Origin: Dendrobates tinctorius
Lineage: Eukaryota
Length of the DNA: 64,000 nucleotides
Reading direction: 5' to 3'
NCBI RefSeq assembly: GCF_039654945.1
Contig: NW_027361754.1
Location: 29,822,001-29,886,000 of the forward strand
Below are positions 12,919 through 25,480 of the stretch, piece after piece. The translations under genes and the position numbers were made by a program. Within the stretch, counting starts at the first letter, position 1. Each line of letters begins with the position of its first letter. The notes beneath the pieces are model-generated. The model was not told the DNA's origin, did not search any database, and worked only from the letters and a program-made list of their open reading frames with translations.

Positions 12919-15600
12919 TTGACTCTTTCTGTTCTTTTGCATCTGGGTTCCAAGCGTTCCTCCGAGTGGGCGTACATAGATTCTGGTGCGGCCGGAAACT
13001 TCATTCAGCTTGAGGCAGTCAGGAGGCTTCGTATTCCAGTCAGGTCCCTGGAGACTCCTCGGCAGATTGCCTCGGTCGACAGCCAACCCCTGCGGGTGTC
13101 CGTTACGCAGGTCACCGAAGAGTTGGAACTTCAGATTGGAGCCTTGCATCGGGAGAGTATAGCCTTCTATATGCTGCCGACCTTATCACATGCTATCCTG
13201 TTGGGCCTTCCTTGGCTAAGAAAACACAAACCTACTTTAGACTGGTGGTCCAGTGACATCTTGCGGTGGGGACAGTTCTGTCAGAGTAAGTGTTTGCTTT
13301 CCGTCCAACCAAGAAACTCTCCCCATCCAACGTTGGTATCTCCAGATTTACCTTCGGCCTATTGGGCCTATGCGGATGTCTTCAGCAAGAAAGAAGCAGA
13401 GAGTCTGCCTCCGCACCGCCCATACGATTGCCCAATTGATCTCGTTCCTGGCTCCACTCCACCCCGAGGCCGGATTTATCCGCTGTTGCCATCTGAAACC
13501 CAAGCCATGACCGACTATATTCAAGAAAACTTGGCCAAAGGCTTTATCCGCAAGTCTTCCTCACCCGCAGGTGCGGGTTTCTTTTTCGTCAAGAAGAAGG
13601 ACGGGTCCCTTCGTCCCTGCATTGACTATCATGGCCTCAACGATATTACAATTAAAAACAAATATCCGTTTCCTCTCATCCCGGAGTTATTCACCCGTCT
13701 CCGAGGGGCGCAAATCTTTACCAAATTGGATCTGTGTGGAGCCTACAACCTAATCCGCATTCGACCCGGAGATGAGTGGAAGACTGCTTTCAACACCCGC
13801 GATGGCCACTATGAATATCTGGTCATGCCCTTCGGCTTGTGCAACGCACCAGCCGTGTTCCAAGAATTTGTCAATGATGTATTCCGAGATCTTCTCTATT
13901 CTTGCGTGGTGGTGTACCTGGACGATATTCTGGTGTTTTCCCCGCACCTGTCTACTCACAGAAAAGACGTCCGTCAAGTGTTGTTGCGCCTGATAGAGCA
14001 TCGTCTCTATGCCAAACTCGAGAAATGCGCCTTTGAACAGTCTTCTCTACCGTTTTTGGGCTACATCATTTCTGACACTGGTCTACGTATGGACCCGGGA
14101 AAGCTGTCCGCCATACTCAACTGGCCGCGCCCCCAGGGAGTGAAAGCTATCCAACGATTCCTGGGGTTCGCCAATTACTACCGGCAGTTTATCCCACACT
14201 TTTCCACCCTGACCGGTCCTATCTCCGCTCTGATCCGTAAGGGGGCCAATCCTCACCTCTGGTCACCTGAGGGCGAAAACGCGCTCCACTCCCTGAGACA
14301 AGCCTTTGCTGCGGCTCCCGTACTCCATCGCCCTGAGACCAATAAACCCTTCATTCAGGAGGTAGACGCCTCTGCCACCGGAGCCAGTATAGTACTTTCT
14401 CAGAGGTCTCCCTCTGGACAACTGGTCACCTGTGGCTTCTTCTCGAAGACATTCTCCACCTCGGAGAGGAACTATGCCATTGGTGACAGAGAGCTGCTCG
14501 CTATCAAGTTGGCTTTGGAGGAATGACGGTACCTCCTCGAGGGAGCGGTGCATCCCATCAGGATCTACACTGACCACAAGAACCTGGCATACATCCGGAC
14601 AGCGCAAAGACTTAATCCTCGACAAGCCAGGTGGTCACTGTTCTTTGCCTGGTTCGATTTCGAACTCCATTTCCGCCCCGGCGATAAGAACCTCAAAGCG
14701 GATACTCTATCCAGATCCTTTTTGGTTACCGACTGTGAGGAGGAGCCTTCACACATCGTGGATCCTAACAAGGTCATTGTGGTTGCTCCTGTAAACCTGA
14801 CTTCCTTGCCCCCGGGTAAGACGTTTGTTCGAGAGAACAATAGGAAACGAGTCTTACATTAGGGCCATGCCTCCAAGCTAGCAGGTCATGTCGGTCTCAA
14901 GAAGACCCTCTCCATCTCTCGTTACTAATGGTGGCCCTCCCTTGCTCAAGATGTTCAAAGTTTTGTCGCCTCTTGTCCATCTTGTGCCAAAAATAAAGTT
15001 CCCCGACACCTACCCGCTGGCCTTCTTCACCCGCTCCCAGTTCCTTCAGCCCCCTGGCAACACATTGCTATGGACTTTATTACCAATTTGCCTCGGTCTT
15101 CGGGTCACACAGTCATCTTCGTGGTCGTAGATCGATTTTCCAAGATGGCCCATTTCATCTCCCTGCCTTGACTACCCTCTGCTCCCGAATTGGCAAGAAT
15201 TTTAATTACCCATGTTTTCCGGATTCACGGCTTTCCTCAGCATATCGTTTCAGATAGAGGAGTCCAGTTTACTTCACGGTTCTGGCGGGCTCTGTGCAAA
15301 CTGATGGATGTGACTTTGAACGTCTCCTCTGCCTACCACCCCCAAACTAATGGTCAGGCTCAACGCACGAATCAAATTTTGGTAACCTATCCATGCGTCT
15401 GTGGGTCACTCTCCTCAGCCAGTTTCCGCCCGGGATGTCTTTGAGGTTAAAGACATTCTTGCCGTGAAAAAATCTAGAGGAAAGACCCTCTTCTTAATTG
15501 ATTGGAAGGGTTTTGGTCCCGAAGAAAGATCTTGGGAACCCCGGCAGAACATCCAGGCTCCTCGAATTCTAGCTAGGTTCCATGCCAGTTTCAAGAAGAG
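12919..15600 (+). pseudogene. Gypsy Pol (protease, RT, RNase H, integrase, chromodomain), disrupted
   Basis: IDSGA protease, YLDD RT, IVSDRGVQF integrase, chromodomain FEVKDIL...LIDWKGFGPEERSWEP. Stops at about 14524, 14860, 14926 and 15170; integrase C-terminal deletion near 15390. Confidence 0.92.
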
Positions 15601-15621
15601 GGGGCGTAAGGAGGTGGGTAC

Positions 15622-16366
15622 TGTCACGCCGCCTGCTGCCGCGCTCCCCGCTCCCACTGCTCCTGTCACGCGGCCTGCGGCTGCGCCCTCGCTTCCACTG
15701 CTCCTCCTCCCGAATACCGGCGCACTCACCTCACCCGGCGCACTCCCAAGGTGCGCGCACGTCATCCAGCTCCTTCACTTCCGCCGCTGCAGCTGGTCTT
15801 CCGTGCTCGTCGGGTACGCCTGCGCGCCAGTGACCCTGCCACTCATCTCCCCCGCTGTGCTGCTCCACCTCCTGGCTGACCCTGACCCGGAAGTGCTGCC
15901 AGCAGCCCTATATCAGGTAGCCTCGCCTCCTGCCCGATGCCTGACTATCATTTGTGTCTAGCACCTCTGATTCAGGTCCACGCATCCCTGCGTCCTCCCA
16001 ACCTTGCACTCTGTCCTGCGCTCTGTGCTCCTGTACCTCCTTGTAATCTCCCTGTGTTCCTTCCTAGTGCCAGCCTCATCCATTCCTGTCCTCAAGTCTT
16101 CTCCTGCAGTCTCTACCGCCACCAGTCTTATCCGTTCCTATCCGCAAACCTTCTCCTACTGGTCCTGCCGCAGCCCCTGTGGTCTCCGCTGGTCTGGTCT
16201 TCCTCCTGCTAGCTGTCCCCGGGTATCAGTTTCCGCGGTGATAGTCTCCCCCAGGGCTTGCCCCAGACACTCCCTGTATAGGGGGTGGTCTACTTGGCTA
16301 GCTCGCCCCGAGGAGGTTCGTCGTCGCGGTTCTGCGGGTTCACTTCTGGTTCTCCTCAGCCCTACA
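15622..16366 (+). repeat. 3' LTR
   Basis: Direct repeat of the 5' LTR with scattered substitutions and small indels. Confidence 0.95.
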
Positions 16367-16430
16367 GATATGGGTTGAACTAGATGGACTTAAAGTCTTC
16401 CTTCAACCTTAATAACTATGTTACTATGTT
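16367..16430 (+). mobile_element. 3' tail of a second CR1-type LINE, split by the Gypsy insertion (left part about 11060-11110)
   Basis: ...TTGCCTTCCTCTGGATCAAC [Gypsy] GGTTGAACTAGATGGACT...TTCAACCT...(ACTATGTT)2. Confidence 0.65.
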
Positions 16431-17253
16431 AATTTCCACACATTTGTTTTTGCTGTAGTTATATCCAGTATCTAATTACATAGTGGAGAGGGGTGAGCCA
16501 ATTTAATCTCAACCGATGCACTATTGTTTCCCACTTTGTACAGTAATAGTTGATCAGATGGAGGGAGGGAAAGGGGGTAATGTTTGATCATCAATACTTG
16601 GTGGTCAAAATGAGAAAATCAGTAATCAGGTTGGGATTATAACCTGTTTGGGGCTCATTAAACAAACACTGATTAGTCAGTTCATACTTCTCCATAAAGG
16701 ATGTGTTATCTATGTGTATATACACAGCTTAACATGTCTGATGGGAAAACAATGACTCTCTATTAAAGAGTGCAAATAATGGATGCCCAATGCAATATAT
16801 GCTAAAGAATGATTGTATTCAAATTAGACAATGACCACATACTTACCTTGTGCTTGGATATACAATGGGCTGGACAGTTCAGGCACTGTCCAGCTAGGAA
16901 TGCTAGTGTTGCTGGCACCTACAGTGCTGCCCAGCCAGACAGATGTGCGCTATCCAGCTCCCTGCTATGGTCAATGGGGCAGCACCGCACTCTACTTAAA
17001 CTACCAGCAGTATGCATTTATCTTCCTAGGATTTATCCATGTACTCTTATGTTTATACCCAGTTCTATTTATTCTGATTTTGACCCAGCTTGTTATGCTG
17101 ACTACGTCTGTATCCGTAAACCTGATTTAGAATTTGACTGACCTCGTGGTTTCTGACCCTTGCTATTCCTTAGATACCAGGAGGTCAAACAAATGCAAAG
17201 TCAGAAGGGCAGGGGTGAAAGTCCAGAGGGTTTATGGAGATAGATAGACGTAG

Positions 17254-17460
17254 TGGAGAAGGACATCATGGTTGGAAGAATTGAAGGAACAAGGCGGAAG
17301 AGGAAGGCCAGCATCTTAATGGCTTAATACAATCATGATAACGGTTGTGAAGACCCTGGTGGACCTATCTAGGCTTGCACAAGAACATTCTTCCTCCAGA
17401 GCATTTATCCATCAAGTCACCATGGCTTGAGATCGAGCTGAAGGCCGTTAATAATAATAA
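17254..17460 (+). mobile_element. RTE-clade LINE 3' fragment
   Basis: Degenerate EKDIMVGRIEGTR..RGRP C-terminal motif followed by a (TAA)n tail. Confidence 0.6.
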
Positions 17461-18643
17461 ATTCCTTAGTATTGGTTTTGTATGTCTAGATCTTTTCTTC
17501 AGGCATACTCCTCCAGACAGTAGCTACTTAATAGAAACAACCCAAGGGGCTCTATTCTAAGCCCAGTCTCCTGTGGAGGAGCTAAAGTGTCAAGGCTGTG
17601 ATAACCTTGGGACCTGCAAGACCGAGTGGCTAGCCTGTTTGAGCTGATGGCCTCTGATAGACTTTACATACATAAGTTGAATCTTCTTTTTGTTGCAAAT
17701 CAATTTAGACAAAAACAAAGCATGGTTCTAGAGAGCTGAGAAATGCACCAAATTAATTATTAGCGTACACCAAATTTAGGTGCACACATACTTGGTCTAA
17801 AGCGAATGAGAGCGTAAGTGTCCAGCTTGAAGAAAAATTCCCCAAATGTAACACACAAAATGCACCAATGGGATACATTTGGCCAATCTTGTTCCAAATC
17901 TATGCCTCTGACACACACACACAAAAAAAAAAAAAAAAGTCCACTGAACCCAATTTTTTTCTGATGCCAAATGACAATATGTACAGGAGCTTACTAGTTC
18001 TTCCCAGACAGGTGATGTTGTGGGAAAGAAGGATAAAGCATGTTGAATTTCAACAGTTATTGAAGAGCTGATTCTCACAATCACATTGTGGCCATATTTT
18101 TAAGGCCGCAAGTATCAGCCCAACCGGGAATGTCTCAATTTGACATAGCATTCATATATTTGTGAGTCTGTTCATCCAGTTCAAGAGATCCGTGGTCGGA
18201 CCGGGACTTGAGCTCATAATATGGGTGAGAAAATATGCCACCACATGGAAGTGTGAAACAGCACTAAGGCCAGGTTCACACAGGCATATGTCACGATCTG
18301 TATATAGACCACAATGTCGGGACCGACTGTGGCTCTTCCAACTCAAACTTACAGCCTCAGACACATACGGGCTGCAAGTTTAGGTTGGGAGATCCGCGGT
18401 CAGTGTGGACATTGCAGTCTGTATACAGACCATAAAATAACACAATGAACATAAGAGTAACGTGTATAGGCACCTTCACGTTGGTAAAGTTGTACAGATC
18501 AGACACAATAACCTTTTGGAACAAGGTGCGTCAAATGTACTAATAGATACACAACTCATAATAAATATGGCACATTTTTGGTCTGTTCATGTACCCAACA
18601 AAATTTCTTTAAATTCTTTACGCTCAGTACTCCTTCTACTCAC

Positions 18644-18810
18644 TGTCACAGTTGGACCTCCATCGCGAGGACGATAGCTCCAGTCCACTGTTATGAATTC
18701 AGAAGTAAGATCCCTAGAGTGGAAGCCGCACCATAATTTAGCCGATTGTCCCACAACGCCATATACTTCCCGGTCCATTCGGATGTCTATACCCTCCACA
18801 CTGATAAAAC
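18644..18810 (-). CDS. mpzl3: MPZL3 exon 2 (N-terminal half of Ig V domain)
   Basis: tttcccgcag|GT TTT ATC...GTG ACA|gtgagt; 167 nt, phase 1 to 0. FISVEGIDIRMDREVYGVVGQSAKLWCGFHSRDLTSEFITVDWSYRPRDGGPTVT includes the B-strand Cys and C-strand Trp. Confidence 0.9.
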
Positions 18811-21800
18811 CTGCGGGAAACAGAAGAAATCAGTGCAAGGTACTGAAGAGCATTGTCATTACAAGGTTGGGTTCAGAGGAGCGTAAGAAAAATCGTCATC
18901 CAGAACAGCAAAATATTTAATCCGTATGGTGTTCAGTACGTACGTCCATTCAGATATGTCATCTGCTTTTTTTTATATATCACAGTAAAAAAATCACTGT
19001 AATGTGAAATCATGCTGTGTTTGGCCTCAGTTGTCCGTCTTTTCAAGGAGACAGAAAAGCCTAGCCTACCAGATGTGTACTAGAAAAGTAATGTGAAAAT
19101 AGACCAATATTGTTTTCTATATAGTCTTTGCAATGAATCCGTTAAAAACAGATGATGTCAGTATGACATCCATTTAATTAAATGAGATTTCTGGTTACCA
19201 AAAAAAACCTGTTTTTTGTAATGAAAATAATGCACTCACCATCCCTGGGTCCAATGTTAAAGCTCCGCCGCTGCTAGTGTTGTCACATCAACAGCGCTGC
19301 AGCCAATCAGTCGACTCTGTCCGAGTTGACAGCACAAGCCACTAAGCAAACCGATCGACTGCACCGCTACCAAGGAGCCAAAAGGTTGAGTACAGCAGAG
19401 ATTATTTAAAAACAAAAAAAACAAAAAGTGCAGTTTGGGGGAACAACCCTTTAAGGTCCCGAAAATACCTTTATCTAACTGAGCCCTCTATTTCACTGTC
19501 CGTTACGCTTTTATATTGGGTGAAGGCGATACCGCCCACCATGATGCCCAATGGACGCAAGATTTTAAAATCAAATTGTGTGGCCACTGGGCATCCCGGT
19601 GGGTGGCAATTAAAACTTATTCAATCAGTCATAATAGGAAATATGGGATCCTGACACACCATTGACTCCTCAATAGATCATAATGGACCAAGACACATCC
19701 ATGGAAGTCATGACACCAATGTGCTTAGGTACGGATTTATTATTTCAAAACTGTCCATAGTAAATTTAGCAAATGCAGTCATCGGGGGGGGGGGGGGGGG
19801 GGCACATTTAACAAGCAGCATTTAGATTCTAAACAGCCAGATGCCTTTTAGTAATTTCGGACGCCTTGTGGTTTATCGACTCCTATTTTATTTTTTTAAA
19901 TTTGCCAGGATACAAAAATAATTTTTAAATAGTTCTTTTTGTGACACATGGGGCTCTCTTTAACACCTTTCTTTACCTTTTTTAAGTGATATAGAAATAG
20001 AAGAAAAAAAAGTAATTAAAGTATTAAAATTCATTTTCTATTTTTTTATGTCTTTTGAAGTACCATATATTTTATTTATTGTCTCCAATTACATGGTATG
20101 TGACGTCGTCGACGGTGTCATTTCCATTTTTTTTATCTATATTAATTTAGATATTTTTGTTATTATCACTTATTGTGCATATAATTTTTTTAACATTACA
20201 TTTCCCATATAAAAGTCATCTGGAGAAAATTAACAGTATATATTTTTTTGCTACTGACGAGGTGGCATTCATAGGACACCAGGGTAAATAGTCCCCTTTG
20301 GTGCCATTAGTTACTGGCAGAGCTGATCTGAGTCTCAGAGACATCCAAGCGAATGGCTTTGCTAATGTTTCTATTCACTACATAACACTCTTTGGGTCTC
20401 ATTAATGAAAACTGTATAAAAGACAAAAACAACCTGCTTCCTATAGCAACCAATCGCAGAGCAGCTTTCATTTGTTAAACACCTCTAGTGCAATGAAATC
20501 TAAACTCTGATTGGTTGCTAAGGGCAACAGAAACAACTTTGGTTTTAGGCCTGTTTTCATAAATGAGGCCTACTTAGCGATATGTAATTTCAAAAATTGT
20601 AGACACAAGCGGTCACAAACTGCTGCGCCATTCTTTTCTAATGGTGTGGGGTGATACTTGGTCATTACCAGGTTAATGAACGCCCGTCAATTCAAAGCCT
20701 TTGGCCCCAATTTCAACACCAGTCTAAATGAAGGGTCAACAAGAGTATAAGATGCTCCAAATTCATTAGTAATTATGCATTTATAAAAAAAATCCGGCAC
20801 ATCTTTCCTTTCCAGGGTACCAAATATCCTCAGGTCATTCCAGTCACTTAATCTATGCATGTGGCGTAAATTAGGAAGAATTTGTAAGTTGTGCTTGGCC
20901 ACTCGTCCTACCCACTAAGGTCCGCAAAAAAAATAAATGGTAAAATAACATTTTTATGCCATTACAAGTGCACAAAATCAATTTTGAATCATTTTACTCC
21001 AGAGTTATGGTGAATCAGGGCCCATCGGTGTGACGGAGACCGCTGAGCACTGTACTCAGCATACACTGAATAGAGCAGCAGCGCTCCGTTCAGACAGGAC
21101 CCCCTGTTCTCGTGATTGGTGGAGGTCCAGTGGACATGTCTGATTCATGAGGAAACTCATTTACTGAGACATCTATGTGTAATCCCTCATACATCTGTGT
21201 GACGAGCATTGGATAGAGTGTCAGGAGTAAGTAACACTCATAGCTGGCCATTTTAGACTATGGTCGATATAATATATATCGAGATAGGATTGCAGCTCAT
21301 CCTATGTGGATTTTCCCCATTGCCCACGCAATTTTAAAAACAATACTGTAACAATGTAAAACCATAATTGTCTCTGTGGTACTTTCTGCTGACAGGAATC
21401 TGAGCCACAACATTAAAATGTCCTTGTAATTAGCATTAGGCCATATTCTCATGACTGTCTCTTTCCCGGGCTAGGAGTAGTGGGATCATTGTCCACCAGT
21501 GGGTCTGGAGTACTGATCCTGCAGCCAATAAATGGTCACTCAGATCACTGGTGGTCAGTGACGTAAATGCTCCTGACCTAGCAAAGACCAACAGTCAGGG
21601 ATGAGTAGACTGTCTCTTATTGCTTTACCTCCATGGTTACCAGCTGTGAAATTTAAAGGGTTATTCCATTCTTCATAGATGAATATTGTCAGACAGAGTT
21701 TGTAAAAATGAGCACTTTGCTATATACTGATCATTAAAATTTGAGATATTAACTCTTTACTTTTGTGGAGAGCTCGTTGTCTGGGAGACCGACCACCACT

Positions 21801-22165
21801 ATTGTTCAGCTTATAAGCATTGCGCTGAAGCTGTAGGAGGTAACAGAACACTCCTGCAATCCTGGCCGGCTTCAAAACAGTGCTTACCAGCTCAATAGAA
21901 AAGTGCTTGTATGCACTGCACATGTTCTGCTGTTCTAGCAGCAGTGGCCGCTCTCCAAGGCAACAGGATGCAAACAAAAGATGTCAATATCTCAATGGCT
22001 GAAAATTCTAAAAAAAAATGTAAAATGTTCAAGAAAGCTTGTATTTACAAGCAATATGCAACGATACCCATCTAATATGAAGGGAATAACCCTTTTCTGG
22101 GCGCAGAACCCCTTTGATGCATGTGAAAAGTTGTTGTATAGAATATTTATAAATTATATATATTA

Positions 22166-22827
22166 CTAGCTAAAGAGCCCAGCGCTGCCCGGGCATAGTA
22201 ACTAACTGTGGTTAGTTATAGCAAATTATAATTATCCTCCATCCCATAGGCCCGTGCCCATATACCCATCATACATATCCACCATCCCATAGGCCCGAGC
22301 CCATATACCCATCATACATATCCTCCATCCCATAGGCCCGTGCCCACATACCCATCACACATCCTCCATCCCATAGTCCCGTGCCCATATATCCATCATA
22401 CATATTCGCCATCCCATAGGCCCGTGCCCATATACCCATCACACATCCTCCATTCCATAGTCCCATGCCCATATATCCATCACACATCCTCCATCCCATA
22501 GTCCCATGCCCATATACCAATCATACATATCCTCCATCACATAGTCGAGTGCCCATATACCCATCACACATCCTCCATCCCATAGTCCCATGCCCATATA
22601 CCCATCACACATCCTCCATCCCAGAGTCCCATAGTCCCAGGGTTAAAATTTCGCCTCACAACATAGCCTAGGACACTCTCGGGGTCCAGACGTGTGACTG
22701 TGCCAAATTTTGTGGCTGTAGCTGCGACGGTGCGGATGCCAATCCCGGACATACACACATACATACATACACACATACTGTACATATAGTACATACATAC
22801 ATACACACATGAGCTTTATATAATAGA
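22166..22827 (-). mobile_element. Non-autonomous Helitron with internal 41-43-bp minisatellite
   Basis: Minus strand: A|TCTATTATATAAAG start, (TGTA)n tract, ~9 tandem units (22235-22635), subterminal GC hairpin CCCGGGCAGCGCTGGG and CTAG|T end; no TSD. Confidence 0.8.
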
Positions 22828-22838
22828 TTATATATATG

Positions 22839-23077
22839 AAAAAAGGAGGCAGCATGCCAATAAATGATGAAAAAAGTGGACTTTATAAGCCATATGGTGT
22901 GGCAACGTTTCGGCTGTGACTAGCCTCACAGCCAAAACATTGCCACACCATATGGACTAATAAGTCCACTTTTCTCATCATTTATTGGTGTGCTGCCTCC
23001 TTTTTACTTTTTCATTATTTATACAAATGGATATTTCTTTGGAGGGGCGTGCACCCTGAATTCATCTGATTTATTCT
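22839..23077. mobile_element. Short Penelope-like hairpin insertion
   Basis: 22839-23005 is an imperfect palindrome with a unique 3' extension; 11-bp direct repeat TTATATATATG at 22828-22838 and 23078-23088; contains AGCCGAAACGTT on the minus strand. Confidence 0.55.
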
Positions 23078-24103
23078 TTATATATATGTAATACACACAC
23101 GCCGATGAAGCTGTTGAGGTCAGGTCAGGAGACCTGCGGACGGTCCAGAAATCACAGTACATATAGGCACAGTGAAATCTGGAGGTGTAGAGCTTGTCTA
23201 AGGCTACCTTCATACAAACGTATTATACAAGCTCTGTGTGAATTGCAATTTCACATGCATTGGATAAGAAAGGTTAGCAGAACACAGTCATGATGCAGTA
23301 TATAATTACCAGTTATTAAGTGATTACAGATTGAAGAAAAAAAAATAGACAAATAAAACATGAAAAAAAAATCAATATTTTCAAAACCATAACAATTTAA
23401 AAAAAAATGTAATTCTCCCCTTTACTTATTCTGTAAATAAAAAAAAGTAGTAAACACCATTTAAACTGACTTTTATCGCAATCGTACGGACAAGCAGAAC
23501 AAAGGTTGCCTGGTCATTTTTACTGCAAAGATCATGCAATAAGATCAAAACCCAAATAGCAGAGGCTGAATTGTTATTTTCCCTATTGCACAGCATATCA
23601 TTTTATTTTCTTGCTATATAGTACCTTATATAGCATGGTTTACAGTGTCACTCCAAACTACCACTTGGCTAGCTTTAAAAAAAAAAAAAAAACAAAGGGA
23701 AAAAAAAAAAAACAACAACAAGGCTCATACGGCTGTGCCATTGGAAAATAAAAAGAAAGAATACAAAATTGGCTCTTGAAAGAAAGAGAAGGGGGGGAAA
23801 AAGAAAGAGGAAGAGGTTTAAGGGTGCTCTAGAATTTTTAAGAAACTATTGTATAAAAAAAACTATATAAAAAAAAATAAACATTTCCCACCCATTGATT
23901 CAATCCGGGGAAAAGATTTATGGGAAAGTATACGGTATATATATATACATATACTCCATAGATCTTGTCTGGGGGAGAGTTTTATGTCTAAGTATAGTTA
24001 TAAAAAAAACTCCAAATAACAACACTAAAGCCCAGGAGTAAAGGAGGAAGCGCTAGATACGGGTGTCTCTGTATGAGCCAGTGCTGGGGGCAGCGGCACT
24101 CAC

Positions 24104-24161
24104 CCATGATCAGCAGCAGGAGCCCCCGGCCCCCGCTCCGGCCCCCCGGCCTCCGCTCCAT
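24104..24161 (-). CDS. mpzl3: MPZL3 exon 1 (start codon, signal peptide)
   Basis: GC-rich patch; ATG GAG CGG...ATC ATG G|gtgagt; MERRPGGRSGGRGLLLLIM(G); phase 1 fits exon 2. Confidence 0.8.
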
Positions 24162-24169
24162 AGCTCCCG

Positions 24170-24240
24170 TCCAGCAGGTGAAACCAGTCACCGGAAATGC
24201 GGAGCCCAGGTGAGTCACGGCACTGCCTGCCTGCTGCGGT
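24170..24240 (-). promoter_or_regulatory. Putative MPZL3 5'UTR/proximal promoter motifs
   Basis: Two CAGGTG E2-boxes (24175, 24207), AP-1 TGAGTCA (24211-24217) and ETS-like CCGGAAAT (24191) just upstream of the ATG. Motif matches only. Confidence 0.35.
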
Positions 24241-24799
24241 CACACTAGTCCTGCCCTCATCAGCCTCGTCCCAGTGTGCGACATTTGTCGATCTGTCCTA
24301 GGATGCAGTTCGGAGACATTACTGCGCCGTTCTATTACACCGGGTTGTCGCATTAATGTCCGATCGCAGTGCGACATTGTCACTTTATTCTTATTCCAAT
24401 GTATTCTTCCTGTGCAGCTCATTCTTGTTTGTTTTTTACGCCTCCCTACTTCCAAACCTGTGTGTTTTTATATTTTAGAGGTTAAAAAAAAGATGAAAAA
24501 CTCTTAATTCTCTAAAACCTGTAGCTTTTTTTATTTTTTTTTCGTGGCCATTTTTGCGTGGCGACTGGTGAGCTGCAGTTTTTATTGATAACGTTTTGTA
24601 GCACATACGTTTTCGATTGCTGTTTTTGGGGGGGTAGGGTTTCTTTTTTTTTAATTTTTTTTGGAGGTGGGTAGTGGATGTGCGCAAAATGGCAATTCTG
24701 GTATTCGATTTTTCTTTTTTTATTATTTTTTATTTTTCCTCTTCGTGGTGTTTTGCTAATTTTATAGATTGAACTTTAAGGAACACAATGATACATCAT

Positions 24800-25047
24800 G
24801 GTGGCTCAGTGGTTAGCACTGCAGTCTTGCAGCGCTGGGGTCCTGGGCTCGAATCCCACCAAAGACAACATCTGCAAGGAGTTTGTATGTTCTCCCCGTG
24901 TTTGGGTGGATTTCCTCCCACATTCCAAAGACATACTGATAGGGAATTTAGATTGTGAGCCCCATCGGGGACAATGATGATAATGTGTGCAAACTGGAAA
25001 GCGCTGCGGAATATGTTGGCACTATATAAAAATAAAGATTATTATTA
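24800..25047 (+). mobile_element. tRNA-derived SINE (V-SINE-like)
   Basis: A box TGGCTCAGTGG, B box GGCTCGAATCC, core GGAGTTTGTATGTTCTCCCCGTG, L2-like tail AAAGCGCTGCGGAATATG...AATAAAG(ATT)n. Confidence 0.85.
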
Positions 25048-25329
25048 CTTTATTTTTATTCCTTTTTGATCTGGGGAAAAGTTGGGGGCAGTCAAACGTT
25101 GTTAATATTTGTTTTTATTATTTCTTTGCGCTTTTTTTTCACTTTTTTATTTTTGTATGTCATAATGACTAGAGTTGAGCGAAACGGGTCGAACAATTTC
25201 AAAAGTCGCCGACTTTTGGCAAAGTCGGGTTTCATGAAACAAAACCCGACCCTAGGATGAGGTCGGCCACGAGGTCGGCGACTTACGCGCCAAAGTCGCG
25301 TTTCAAAAGTTTGTTTAGCGCTCTTTTTC

Positions 25330-25480
25330 AGCCAATCGGGATCCACGGACACTGTGGGCAACGTGATGACATAGGCAGGGGTCGCCACCATCTTTCAGAA
25401 GGGCATGCAAGTGATTGGCTTGCTTTGGTGGGCATCACAGGGGTTATAAAAGGGCGTGCACGCCGACCGCCATCTTACTT
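25330..25480 (+). promoter_or_regulatory. Putative internal Pol II promoter of the hAT element
   Basis: CCAAT (25332), ATTGG (25414), TATAAAA (25445-25451) and YY1-type CCGCCATCTT (25467-25476), oriented toward the transposase. Confidence 0.5.

Larger units (their letters stand above)
11111..16366 (+). mobile_element. Ty3/Gypsy chromovirus LTR retrotransposon (Sushi/PEG10-RTL1-like) with both LTRs
   Basis: TG...CA LTRs; 5-bp TSD GATAT (11106-11110, 16367-16371); polypurine tract before 15622; domain order gag-PR-RT-RH-IN-chromodomain. Confidence 0.96.

Noticed and set aside
14520-15175. APOBEC-type G-to-A hypermutation causing the pol stops
   Set aside because: Two stops fit TGG to TGA/TAG, but the others need transversions; there is no consistent signature.
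11860-15600. Domesticated PEG10/RTL1 orthologue
   Set aside because: Both LTRs, a TSD, a polypurine tract and decayed pol are present, so it is an ordinary retroelement.
17254-17460. BovB horizontal-transfer copy
   Set aside because: It is RTE-like, but the 3' end and (TAA)n tail do not match the BovB terminus I recall, and it is too short to assign.
24800-24870. tRNA gene
   Set aside because: The A/B boxes continue into a SINE body and LINE-like tail.
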